Shown here: piece after piece, positions 50,025 to 63,318 of the stretch
Numbering within the stretch: the first letter of the stretch is position 1
How the letters are laid out: the number at the start of each line of letters is the position of its first letter
From: Psilocybe cubensis
Taxonomy: Eukaryota
Reading direction: 5' to 3'
Assembly: GCA_017499595.2 (NCBI GenBank)
Contig: CM038998.1
Location: 1,612,001-1,676,000, forward strand
Length of the DNA: 64,000 nucleotides
Program-made: the position numbers and the translations under genes
Notes under the pieces: model-generated
Told to the model about the DNA's origin: nothing
Databases searched by the model: none
What the model saw: only the letters and a program-made list of their open reading frames with translations

Positions 50025-51866
50025 TCTTCGATAGGAGGGAAAGCAGCACAAGGATTTACCGATGGGTAAATTGTTATATATATGTATTTTTTGGGTTGTG
50101 GCATTCCCGCGCGTCCTGGACGGGTTGAAACCCCTTTGAGTAATGGCTCCGCAGGGCCCGAGGGAATGTGAATCACAAAGTTATCGGATCCGGAATGAGA
50201 GGTGCAAAGCATTGCATTATTCAAGTTTCTTTCTCCTCGATCGGATGTTTGTAAAGTGATATTAAACACATTTGTAAATACATATGGACGGCTCATAGAT
50301 TGCCTGTACGGATATGTTATAGATGTGCAAGATAGAGATGTGTAAAACTCTTACAGTCCATGCACTACGAAACGTAACCGCGATCGAGCGATCCGGAGTG
50401 GTTTTAAAGAAGCATCAATGACCAAAAATCCAAGCTGAGTAAGACAGGCTGAAAGTGTGTAATCATCCGAATTACGATTTGGCAATGTTGCGTCCCTGAA
50501 GCGATGACATATGCAAACATATATGGCGGATCTCTGATAGCGAAACGTTGTTTGGAGTAGTAATCTTGATTCTTTGGAGTTCCCTGACTGACTCAACGAC
50601 CCGGGATGGGCTTACGACTGTACGTTAGGATGAAGTTCCACGGCGCGGTCCTGCTGTTACCGGCTTTTGCAAAACCACAGGCGCCTTGCGCAAACAGGTT
50701 TCAATGAGTGCTTAAATGCTAAGATAACATATTCCGAGAACTGAGTAGCAAGAGAGGCTACATGGGAGGGGCGGAGCACTTAAAGCTTTAACTGCAGAAT
50801 GCGGAGCATCCATGCGTCGCTGATACCTTGAATAATTGACCAAAATCTTGGCATAATTAACATTGCCTTTCTTGGAACACGTGCGAATGACTTACCAATC
50901 TTGAAAGGTCGTTCAACAATTTCATCGCTGACACATCAGGAAACTCCAAGGATGTCGACAACTCGCATCCATCCTTGGCAATCTGTAGAGAAGATTGTGA
51001 TTGCTAAGACGACCATACTAATACTAACTGGTGGTTAGAGGCCGAAGGCGAGGTCAATGAGCTCATGAGCGGATGGCTCATAGCTGCGGCCAGGTGACAA
51101 TCCGAAATCCGAAGTGACTGGACATTTAATCAACGCAAGGGCATGGTTTGCTTCATTAAAACGTGTTGCCAGAGCCTACAAATAGCTTTTTCACAAAGGC
51201 ATGAGTAATTACGAACGTCGGAACGAATTGGTATACCTACCCTTGCTTTCATTCAAGTTCGATGAATTCAGTCAACGTTCATTAGAGGTCAAGGGTCTCA
51301 ATTATGCGCACATAAGTCGGATGAGTTAAGCGGGCCCCGAGGACGACCATAGATATTTCTCCCCGTCGTTATCGTTCTCCTCAATGCACTAACAATAGCG
51401 AGGGTCTTGCTCATGGAAAGCGGTTTCATGCCTTCCAGTTGCAGTGGGTGGTAGATTTGAGAATATAAAACGAGTCGTGTGGAAGGAGCATAAATCAGGG
51501 CAACTCTGATTGAGATATGGCAAAGCGACCGAGTGATAGGATTGGACTCCCTTTGGGATTTCAGATGAAAACAAGCAGAAAACATGAAGGTAAATGGTAA
51601 GATTTGTTGGTTCAAGTGATCAAGCGGTAACACGGCGGCCCAGTTGTCTGTCTTTGTTAAGGGTGTTCATGGCCCTGATTATGACACTAAACAGGTGGAC
51701 GACTAAGTGTGTAATGGCGAATCCGACTTGCCGCTGACAATCACTTGTTTGGTCTTGCATAACAAAACATCGCGTACGTAACACTGCCACAAGGCCATCT
51801 CTCTCCAATCCGCTTTGAACACAGGGCAACTACAGATTATCAGCTCAGAGAATTGAAACGCTATAC

Positions 51867-52427
51867 TTATTCTGCACTGTCTACATGCGTATATCTTTCT
51901 ATTTTCCGAGGGCTGATTTTCCCGTGTCCACCGCATGACTGCCATAGCATTTTGCAGGTCGATCCACTGATCGTCCAATCAAGCAAGAATACAAAAATAC
52001 CCAGGCAGCTCGGTGACTCTCGTGGGTTCATTGATTGTGATGCTGTGAACTTACTTTCTATCGCCACAGGGTCAGATATCTGCCGAGTACAGCAGACACA
52101 CTGTATATTTTCGAGCATTCTCGGGGAAAACAAGGGACTCGAAATTTCCGTGTCAAGCCTGGCTATAATAATATTATCAGGGGTCTGGCCTTGCCATCAT
52201 GTTTATAGAGCGGGAGTCTGCCTGATCTCTACTGACATCTTTGACTTCGGATACGCTGGCATAATGACTTCTGTCCATCTCTCTATAAGCTTTCTTCTAG
52301 GAAAGGCAGGGGCTTGCTTGTAGTCTTGTATCTTCTCTGACCTGTCGCCTGGCTTCGTTGGCTGGAAGCATTCCCAATGCAAATCAACACACGCGAAAGC
52401 ATCCAAGCCGCATTTTTCGAGACACTA
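51867..52427 (-). pseudogene. Candidate decayed coding sequence, unknown family
   Basis: ORFs 52203-52406 and 51867-52133 share one frame: about 186 codons interrupted only by TAA (52205-52203) and TGA (52199-52197). No ATG at the 5' end; splice-like signals nearby. Confidence 0.3.
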
Positions 52428-52619
52428 TGCAAGCCTTCTCTCTATAAATTCTTGTTTGTAGACAGTTCGCCCTGATCACGTCTCTCACGGAGTGTCAATT
52501 AATCGAAGACAGCACAGTTCCTTGACCGTCCCGTTGATGGATCAATAATGTGGTCCGCTCTCAAATACAAGGGTGCCCTAGATTTGATCCACTCGCTCTT
52601 TTGCCGTCCACTCCCTAAT

Positions 52620-53885
52620 ATGCTTGCCCGGGTGCCCTTCGTACTTCTGACCTTCTGCGTCTCGTTGTCGCTGGCTCGTACTAAAAACCCCAAACGTGGT
52701 TTAGGCTATGCGGGCACCGTCCCGGGTGATATAATCAACGCCAACCAGACGAACAGCTTAATCTCTTGGGAATATAACTGGTCTAATCTCCCGCCAGACT
52801 ATCTTGCGACCTCTAATATTCCTTATGTTCCTATGCAATGGGGCTCTGTTGGCATTGATACATTTGCAGATAATGTGAAGGCTCAAGGGGCGAAAACGAT
52901 TTTGGTATAACTCATTATTTCAAACCCTTCCACCTAAATCTAACTGAGGGACAGTCTTTTAATGAACCTGATTTTGACCAAGAGTCTAATATCCTTCCTG
53001 AAGATGCTGCTAAGTTGTGGATGCAGTTTTTGGAACCCTTGAAAGCGTCGGGCATTCGTCTCGGAGGCCCCGCTGTCACAAACTCTCCCACAGGCCGTCC
53101 GTGGCTGGTGTCCTTCCTGCAGGCTTGCTCGAATTGCACTATCGATTTCCTACCTTTACATTGGTGATCTATTTTTTTTTTTTTGCGAAAGTCTTATGAA
53201 CTTATATGCGAACTTGTAGGTATGGTTCCGGATTGGACTCTTTTTATGGCTACATATTTGACGTCCATAATCAATTTCCTCAATATCCAATCTGGATCAC
53301 CGAATATGCTGAGACGTCGCCAAATGACACAGGTTAGTGATGGTGGTGGTAACCAATGCTTGCATGCTTTTTAATGTCTAACGTCTCACTCCGTAGTTGT
53401 ATTCAATTTCATGAACGCAACAATCACCGCCATGGATTCATTGTCCTGGATTGAGCGGTACTCCTGGTTTGGTTATTTCGTCAGTCTATCATTTTTAATG
53501 CGAAAAATATTGACTTACACTGTACTCCAGCGTCCACGACCAGATGTACACTACAGTGAGTAATTTTTAACACGACTAATCATTTCCAATCGTTTAATGC
53601 GAATCATGCGAAGACATGCTTGATGACAATGGCGGACTGAATGCCCTAGGCCAGCTTTACCTTGGAGCTAAAACCGTCCATACTGAGGTAGTGACCTCTG
53701 CCCCCACCCCTACCTACCACACAGTCAATGGTGCAGACAATCCCACTCAAGCTCCAGCCACCACATGGCCTGCTCTGTTGAATTCGTCCCCTAGACGTGT
53801 ATCGGTCCCCGAAGGTTTACAACTACTCAGTCTTTTAACGGCGATGGCGGGCATTCTATTTGGTCTGATGTGGAACGCATTGTAG
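52620..53885 (+). CDS. Glycoside hydrolase family 128 (beta-1,3-glucanase-like), probably GPI-anchored
   Basis: Signal peptide, KRGLGY, SWEYNW, YVPMQWG, SFNEPD (acid/base), DFLPLHWYG, PIWITEYA (nucleophile), IERYSWFG; T/P linker and hydrophobic C-terminus. Confidence 0.9.
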
Positions 53886-54470
53886 GATCCTCCATTTATC
53901 TTCCCTATGGGTTTTTGGTTATTATTTTAGAGTTTGCCATGGACGGACTAATACTTGTAGATTTTCTATGATTCAAAGTTGTTAACTATTATAACATTTA
54001 ACCTCAGGTGTAGCACATTCCTTTCTATGGTCACATTCATTCCTTATTTTGAGATATACTACCTTTATTCCGAGTGTTGAAAGTCGAGGACTGTCTTTAG
54101 CCCAAGTCTGAGATCGATTATCATGCCAACATTCTTTGTATTTTCTATCATAAATAACCATAGACATCCACTCCATTTCTACATACGTTTGATACTCCCT
54201 TGATTCATTTTCAAGGTAAACTAGTTGGATACGAGGTCGCTCAATAGTATTGATACTGCGATGAGGTATATCAATAGAAGTTCGTCTGAAACGTAATACA
54301 GACAACACCTTGTTGAACTTGTTACATACTTAGCTGCTTCAAAATTCATTGAAGCGTGGGAATATATGACTAAGTATACCCCTTACTATAGTATAGACCG
54401 TGCTGGACATTGTGAAGTCAGTTAGTTACCTCCCTTTCACCTCCGCGGTGTCAAGCTTCAGGCAGACATT

Positions 54471-55845
54471 ATGTTGAAATTCGTCTACCTGTCGTTACTT
54501 GGTATAATACCCGCCAGCTTGGCACACGGCTCGCACGAAGAAAGTGGTCCTGCCCATGGAGAATCAATCCAAGAGTATGCTCAACGACACGTACGCCTTG
54601 TTCTGTGTTCCGAAGTCTTTCTATATGTCTGGCTAACCTCTGAGTTGACCAGATGTCGTCTGAACATCATATGTAAGAATTGAAAAGCAAGAAATAAAGT
54701 TGTTCAAATCTAACGACGCGGTTTAGAGATTCATTCGATGTGCGAAGCTTCTTCCAATTGCATGATCTGAACAGGTTGGCTGGGTCCCAAACTTCTTCAA
54801 GGGTTGGCGCGTCTTACAATCTAGCAGGAACGGATTTTGGGAAAAAGAGGAAATTGAAGCCATCTATGGTGTTCACCACGTATATTCGCAGAAAAAGTCT
54901 AAGGTAAAGAATACTTTTCAGTGTCCCTCTGCTTGTTGCTAAACGTATTTTGGCGCAGGATGATATCGAGCACCAGAAAAAGGCAGACCATATTGTATCG
55001 GTAGTTCTACAGAAACTTGATCTCAATGGAGATGGCCTCGTGTCTCCCGAAGAGCTCGAAAAGGTTGGGTTAGCAGGGCTACCCAACTTTGATGGTCTGG
55101 GTGCTGAAGGCCACCATTATGATGTAGAGAGTGGTGGGTTGTTCTTTTTTTTTGCAACTGGATTGCTGTTAATCGACGTTTTTAAGAATTCTTCCTTCAT
55201 CACGAAGGTACACATCAAATTTGGCATATTGAATTCGACGAGAAGAACTGAGATTTCATTGTAGAACAGTTCCATTCCACTCCAGAGACCCAGACAGACG
55301 AGTCGTATACCCACCCCGAAGATCTGGAACATTTTGCCCAACACGAGTCAATTGAACGCAAAGAGGCAGAGCGAGAAGCAAAATTCCAGGGCGTCACCGT
55401 CGAGGAAATAGTGCAGGAACAGGAGAAGGCGGCAGAACAGGCTAAAGTAGCTGCTCAAGCAGCTGCCCAAGCGGCGGCGGCAGCAGCAGCAGCACAAGAG
55501 CGTGCTTTTCCCGCTTCGAAACCAGTAACAAGGGTGACCCCTCCAGAAAAACAGGATCCGGAAGTCAAGTACAAGAACGCCGGCTCAGAAGGTGTTCGCA
55601 AAGGAGAATGGGGAACCGGCGACCAGGGGTACAAACCTCCTACAGACCCAAGCGATAAACTCAGGTTAGTTTTTAGCCGTCCTTGTAGCATGGTGTTATC
55701 CTATAACTCAATCCTATGTGCCCAACAGGAAAAACCTTCCGTACAAGGTATTGTCTCTTTTGTTTGTATCTGATTGGATTTCTAAGTACTGAAACAGAAC
55801 ACCCGCATGCAGTACAAGTTCCGCCGCAATTGGGGCGACTTCTGA
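54471..55845 (+). CDS. SSP120: Secreted EF-hand protein, Ssp120/nucleobindin-like
   Basis: Signal peptide; HMSSEHHIDSFD, FFQLHDLNRNG, DLNGDGLVSPEEL, GHHYDVESEFFLHHEE, HPEDLEHFAQHE; ends YKFRRNWGDF*. Confidence 0.85.
55442..55494 (+). repeat. GCN-codon run encoding a poly-Ala tract in the Ssp120-like protein
   Basis: GCT/GCC/GCG/GCA runs give AAQAAAQAAAAAAAAQ. Confidence 0.8.
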
Positions 55846-56096
55846 TTATTTAACGAGCGTTCCCATATACATATTTTGGTCAATAGTTGCCTGATCCTGC
55901 CACTTCTTTTGTAATCATTATTTAAGTTATCACATTTACTTTCACTGGAGTGCAGAATATCATTACTTATTAGGTCATCGATTATAACATCTTTCTTGCC
56001 ATCTCAGAAGAAATAACAGTATCCTGCTTTAAAGCCTACTAGTAACTTTCAGATAAATTATTTAATTGGGTACAGGCATCAACAAACTAAAATCCC

Positions 56097-59000
56097 TCAT
56101 CGTCCGTCAAACATATCATACATAATGCTCTGCTCGACAGCCTCCCAGTCAATGTTCCCACCACTGGCGTACACACTCTCGTACGACGAAACGCTAACAT
56201 TTGACAAAAATGGTACCAAGTCTCTCATGCTCTCAATTTGACGTAATGAAGAGAGAAGGGGTCGCCGCATTAATCTCTGTTCAGGTTGACTTGACAAAGT
56301 TTCGATTTGCTTTGAACCAGACGTTTCCTATAAGATATTAGTTATCAGCCCACAATGATCAATATATCGCGTCGATGATGATTACTCCTGCAGGTATATT
56401 TGCCGCAATTTCCGCTAATTGATCCATCATGGCTTCTGGTAGCCAATCATCAGGTCGGTAAACTGCATCTACGGTGTCTGTGATAAAAATCCATTGATGA
56501 CTAGCAAGATAATTAATAACATAAGGTCAGCAATAAAAGTGACTTACATCTGGAATTCCTCCGTTTGCAAAACAAGAAGGGTATCCAAGCATTTACAGGC
56601 AGAAAGTACGAGCTGTAGCTCTTCTGAACCATCCGGAGGCATGTTCATCATGGCTTGCTCGAATATTCGATACTTTTCGTCATATGTCAGTTTGATACAT
56701 AATGGATATCAACTGATAAACTTTACCAATTCGGTAAGTACTACAGGCCAGAAACTCGTCAAATTGTGGGGGGACAGTCGACATAGAAGTACGCGGATAC
56801 ACAAAAACACTTCGCTCTGGACAATGGGCGAAGGAACACTGCGGAAAATGTCGACAAGCTTTTCTTGAATAGTTGGTACTTGCGTCAAGAATCCATTCTT
56901 CTCCCCGCTGAAAAGAACGAATGATAGTCGGCGAAGGTTTAACGATCTCAAGAGCATTTCATATTCCCGATTCGTGAATATGTTGGCTGATGGGGTATTA
57001 GCAAGTTTACCTGTTTCTTAACGGTTATGTTATGTTCCATCGAGATACAGTCAACATCATACCAAGTAATTCGGGTAAAGCCGTCTTATCAGTGTCATAT
57101 AGAACTTTGATAATTGGTCGCCATTGGAATGCGTCGGAAGGATTGCAATTGAAAAGTCGGTTATCGCCTAGAAGATCAATGACTGGAGTTCGCCAGGATT
57201 TGAGAGCGGCTGGTATCCGTGACATTTCTTGCAGTATTTGTATCACAATTGCATCGACGTCCATAGGCCTTGAATGAACATTGAGAAATGGAAAAGTATA
57301 TAGAAACACAAAAGCCCGTCTACCTAGTCTTTCCCCGCATTGCTGGGTTTACGATATAGTACACGATATTGTTGCAGGCGGTTATGATTTTATCGTTTTC
57401 AATCAAAAGCTTTCGCAAGTTGGGCAATGCAGAGGTGGCGACGAAGCTATTGATCTACACTTCTTGTCAAGAAAATTTCGAAAGGAAGGTCTAAAATCTT
57501 ACTTGTCCAACAACTTCTATAGAACCTAATTTTGCTGTCTCCGAGAACGCAGATGCACCGTTGGAAGCCGACTTCTCGTCGGTTCGACCGATAGATTCTG
57601 TCAAAAGTTGGGGCTCATAATTCAGGCATATCTACGCTTGAAGAAAAAAATCTCACCATGTCGCAATGCAGGTGATTCTCTACCACTATTGATAATAGAT
57701 TCTTTTGCACTTCTGCGTATCCAGGAACCCTGATCAGTAAAGCGCCCTACATATACAATGCATGATTCAAGCAGTTTTCCGTAACAGTCCTAGATCGAAT
57801 TTAAGTGCTATACATTGAAATAAAAAAAGAAAAAGTTGCCCACCTGTAGTTCCTTTCTAATTTTCCGGTCTTCCATAGCAGTCGTTTGGGTAATCTTTTC
57901 GGCGAGTACACCTAGGCATCTACAGAGCATAAGTGAAAGCAAGGAGGAAATCGACCTGAGCGATAAACCTTAATGCATAGAAGTTGGGAGTTTTGAATTC
58001 CTTCGAGGAAGTCAAAACCTCCTTCACCAATTGAATATAGCGACTCCAGACTTGAACTGCCAGGGGACTTTCCAGCCGGCTAAAATATTCCTCCAGGAAT
58101 TTAAAGAGAATTGCTTCTGTTCTGGACGGACTATGAGACAAAAGGCTGGGTTTTAGAGAAAATTAAAGTGTTCGCACAGATTGGGGTTTAAGGTTTGTTT
58201 TTTGCCTTTGTCCGGGGAGCTCAAAATACGGTTTCCAATACTTTCGCAGATCATCTGCACTGAGTTTTGGGCGTTGGCTACAAGGACATCCACCAGTTCA
58301 AATGCAGCATCAGGAGAGGATGATGATAACTACATTGATCAGGACAGCAGCTAAGAGAAGAAAAAGAAAGACTCACTGTAGCATCTCGACTCCACCAATG
58401 AACCAGTGACTCGAAGACTTCAGTGCTCTGAACCCGGAATAGATGCTCTAGCACTCTGCGACAACGAAGTCTTGTTCGAGTATAAATCAGAGACAATGTC
58501 TCATTCATCGGCAAGCCAGGAAAAGACGGTTTCCAGATGAGAGAAGCCCAGACAGAAAATAGCACCCGTATTCCTTCATCCAGAGAGCGATATCCAGGAA
58601 AGCGCGACTAGATGATGGATGAGTTGACGCAAAAAACCAAATGAAAGGACATACTGCCAGATGTTCCATTGGATTTGAGGAACTTGCATCTGAGCCGAAC
58701 ACATTAGACACATATCCGAGCAGGCCACTGGTCTCTGATCCTGGCTTCTCAGCTACAGGTAGCTCATCGTCAGAAGCATCCGGTTCACTTGTGTATGCGA
58801 GGCTCAGTAAAATCAAGCGCTCTAGAGCATTGAGCAGCATGATCAACTCGGCATCCGTGATAGTGCAGTGAATATCATCTGTATACTCTTTCTTCTGGGC
58901 ATTTGCCTTTAATACATCTCCTAGAGCAGCCATCGTTTGGCGGCATAAACAATCGTTCAAAGGCGTGACAACTACCTGTAAGGCAGGTTGGAACTGAGGC

Positions 59001-62000
59001 ACGGCCATGAGGATAAAATCCAGCCAGTGTTGTAGAACCGGGCGGTTACTTCGCACTGAAATGCCATCCACGAGAGTTTGGACCATAAGCGGGTTCAAAG
59101 GATAGCGGATTGGGCCTTCAGAGGCCCTGGAAAGAACGTTCCCACTTTCCAAAGGACTGTCGTCAGGTTTGGCTGCTGTCGTTCGTTGGGATGATTCTAT
59201 TTGGGCTGTCGAGACAGATATAACAGAATGAAGGAGGTGAAGCCATTTATTTTGTAGATCCAGGCGGTTGGTATGGATAGAGAAATATAATTTTCCAATA
59301 GCTGCTGCTTCGATACTTTCGACGGAAATGCTTTCAACCTCGCCTCTCGAAACTAAGACTTGAAGGAGCTCGATGGAATTGGACTGTATTGCGTTGTTGA
59401 GAGAATGCATCGGGGAAGGTGCCGAGTGACTGAACTCTGACTGGATAAATCTAAGAGAAACAAGTTAAATTGCGAGGCACCGGAAGAAGACGACGGAAAT
59501 ACCGAAGAAGCAGCTCAATCAACACATCCAAGTACGTTGCATCCGAATCAACTAAATGGCCTAAAGATTGTCAAGAAAACGTCTAGAATTGAAGTGATTG
59601 TCCCATACTGTTGAACACTCTTTGAACGAGACCAGCATGATGGGAACGCTTAATGGAGGAAGTTCTAGCAGCTTTGCTGAATCCTTGACCACCGAAAGAC
59701 ACTATTGATAAAAGGGTCTCTAACAAGTAGTTCACGAAGCGTTGGTCGTACGATCGTTCGTATAAAAACCCCGGTATTTCCCTACCCCGAACCTTGAATG
59801 TCGTGGCAGTCCGCAATATTGATGGATCTAATAAATCATGAAGAATTGGATCCAGAACTCTGCTTTACTCAGTTTAGAAGTAGATAAGACTGGAGGTCAA
59901 CATACCTGATATATGATTTAAGGCTGCACCTCATCCATGTCTCACCCACTCGACGAAGGTTAGAATTATCGCTCTTGAGGGTGTCCAGAATAATCATGAG
60001 GGGTGCCCTGAAATGAAATCCAGGAAGAAGATTGTCCTCTGTTGCACAATTTAGTTATGATATTGGACTTGGATTTATTCGAGTGATTTACCAGTGAGTC
60101 TCCAAATAACACCAAAAGCTTCGTAGGCTTCGGACACGGTTCCAGATGTAGGAGTCGTCATGTATTGAGCGACGATCGATTCAACATGAGAACGGGCTGT
60201 GGATGAATGAAGAGACCAGATCAAATTGACGGCGCGTACATGATAACCAGCGAAGTCGGGATGCAGATATCTCAAAAGTGTGGTGATCATCTTATACATG
60301 GTCGATCTGTTACTAAAAATGAGCTTGGGCTCTAAATAATGTGATTGTTGAAGTGTAATAGCCAAGGAGACTATTCTGTCAACAGTGGCAAACGTAGAGG
60401 TCTGTAAAAGAGGAGACATGTCAGATATTAGTAGTAGAGACAACGATGATATATAGGTACAGACTTTATTCTCCAGATTTGACAGAAGAGTTTCTATCCA
60501 TTCTGTAGGAATCCATGCTAGACTTATTGGTTCCGTCAATCTGCCAACCAGGGTATTGATTAAAGTCAGAATTCGAGAGAATGATTCACGTAAAATCTCA
60601 GTTTGCTGAGAATTTTTGAGGTGTTCAGTATAGGCTGTACACATAGTCATCAGAGATCGCATACAGGACGCGTATGGCACAACCGAAATGCTGGAAGCCG
60701 AAGAGATGGGCAACAACTTGTCTGTGATTTTGAAAAAAAGACAAGCGAAGCGAAAGGGAGTGTGGTAGTTGTCATCAGAATCCAACGTTGTCTCTGGGCG
60801 TTGTAGTAAACTGGTGCGAGGTATTTGCTCCAGCATGACTTCTAATAGGTGAAGGGCGGCACGAATGCTTTCATGCGACGATTTGGACGGGTTTTGCGTA
60901 ATTTGCGACTGAGGGCATCATGCTGTTGTTAGCATCGAAAGAAAAGGCAATCCAACACGGCTAATGCGTACTTCAATCAGATCAACTAATGATGCAAAGA
61001 CCACTGGCAAATGAATAGTCTGGATTTCCTCATCCTGTGAGAAGGACCGTAGCATAAAATGCACCAAATGTATCGCCTGAGACAACGGTAAGGGAAGAAG
61101 AATGACAGTTTAAAGTGGCCACACCTCGATACGATTCCCATCACCTGAAATTTCATCAAAAACAGAGACCAAAACATGCCTCCATAGAATCTGGGGTTCG
61201 ACTGCATCGTAAAGTGTGTTTGCAGTCATACTCAGCTTTAAACAAAGCATATTAACAGAGATATTTGGGAAAGAGGGAGTTTGGACAAACATCTTCTCCA
61301 TGTTCAGTCGGGTGCTCAACCAGGTCCATTATAGCCTTGAAAGAGTCGTATACAAGAGTTTCTGTCAGTATTCCTCCTATTTCCCATTTGTCCAGCAATG
61401 AAATGAAAATCTTGAAAGGTCTTGATTCCGCGTATTCTCCTGAGGGCGAGATCATCTCGTTCTGTATAATCTGCTTTAAGAAGCAATGCTTTTTCGGGAC
61501 TGAATGGCTTACTTTCAAGGTTGAGCTGAGAAGCTTCAAGCCATGTTCTTTTAAGTACGAAATTTGGCTGTCACTATTTTCGTCCGGACCCAAAAGCCAG
61601 GTATACAACCGACGATTCAGAGACAAGTCTCGACGCAAAACTACACCAGTGGCTGCTCGCATGAGAATAATTCGATCCTCGTTCTGGGCTTTGCGAATTG
61701 TATGGCTATCCATCCGCATGTTCTGCAATAGGATGTCAAGTACCGCTCGGCGCACAAGCAGATTTTCATCTTCCAGGGCGGCCGCGAATGCTCGAATCAT
61801 GAGACCAATGTCTTTACCGACAATATCTGTAATGTCTAGAATAGGAAAAAAATATAAAACAGGCGATAAAGTAGGCTCGATGATTCATACCTTCATTCGC
61901 ATTAAGTCGGGGAAGACGGCGAGCCAGAAAGTTTAAGGATGTTCCTCGGGCAGATGGTGTAGTTAACATAGTCAACCAAACATTTTGAAAAAAGAAAGAT

Positions 62001-62896
62001 GGAGAAACAGCCCCTGAGATTCGATCCAGAAGGTTTAGCACCTTGTGAGAGAGACTGATTATGTGGACATGTAAGATGCAAAGCAAAGGCGTACTTTTTC
62101 GAAGAATTCCCCTGTCTCTTCTTCCAAACCAGGGAGTAAGGAAAGAATGAAAGACTTCATTATAGGTCGCAAGCCTCCCTGTAGTGGAAGATAGTAGGTA
62201 TCGTATATATTGAGAAGGGTCGGCTAAGATACGACATTTTAGTATAGTTTTGAAAACCATGTTCGAACGTTACCTTTACAGACGTTGCCGCATATTCAAA
62301 AAATGGAAACAGACCAGAAGACCAAAGTGACAAGTCGCGCTTAAGACTTTCAGCCTATAATCTTAATTAACAGTGCTGTGGTGATATGATCATACGAATA
62401 GGAACTTACACCCGATACAGCCAATATATGCACATAAACTTCCAGAGTAAGTTGATGGACGCCAGTTGGTAGAGCTGGGTTAAGACACTGTGCTAGACGC
62501 TTCGCGACGATCAATTTCCGAGGAATTTCTTTGAATTGCATATATGATTGGAATGTCTTTACTGCACATCTTAGTTTAATCATTGTTGTGCACGATAAGT
62601 TGCTCACCTTTAGAAGTTGCTTAAGAAACTTGATGAAGTCTGCCCACTCTTTGACGTCGTCAAACGAATTGAGGCACCGTTCAACTTGTTGTACATATTT
62701 CTTGTATTTGGGATCAGATGCATATGTTTGAAGCGCTATAGCTTAAAACAGAGTGGTGGATTAGTATTGGTTGCAAAGCGATAAGATCTTGTTCTTTACT
62801 GCGTTCACTGGTCTTCGCGGACACCCAGCTAGATCCTTGCTTGGGTACTTGGCCGGAACCTTCAACACCAGACACAGACGGAATTATTGTAGACAT
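56097..62896 (-). CDS. DOP1: Dopey family endosome/Golgi trafficking protein
   Basis: Dopey_N motifs DPKYKKYVQQVERCLNSFD, EWADFI, KRLAQCLNPALPTGVH, LVRRAVLD, VLRRDLSLNRRLYTWLLG; C-terminal NLRRLSFVLFSGE and FWPVVLTEL. Confidence 0.93.
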
Positions 62897-63318
62897 AGTA
62901 GCTCAGTTAACTGATGCGTGTTATGTGCAGGGAAGGATTAGGTGGTGGTAGAGTACATCGACTCAGAACTAGACTGGTCAAGGCTAAGTCACTAAATCAC
63001 GACTGACGCGACTGTATGCTAACTTGCAACACCGAAGTCACGAGCGTGACACCGTCGCAGTCCCCCGTCCCCGTCTGGCAGTGTCCGCCATTTGGTTCGC
63101 AGGAGCTGGCACTGTAAAGGTTTGTATGATACGTAAAAATTCAAAAAATTATATTACACATAATACATGGTATAGTGACAATATCGCAAGCTATTAAGGC
63201 AACCCAAGTTAATCTCAATAAATAAAATTAACGAGAAGCTGGGTTTGCCAGACCGGATGTGAGTGAAGGGACGGCGAGTGCTAAGCGATGGAGTATAGAA
63301 ATAACTGAAGACCGAACA

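Noticed and set aside
49772..50296. 174-codon ORF overlapping the ABC transporter start, considered as a regulatory uORF
   Set aside because: A TATATATAA box near 50075-50083 implies transcription starts downstream of its ATGs.
61265..61936. 223-codon plus-strand ORF
   Set aside because: Antisense shadow of DOP1 exons; no independent domain.
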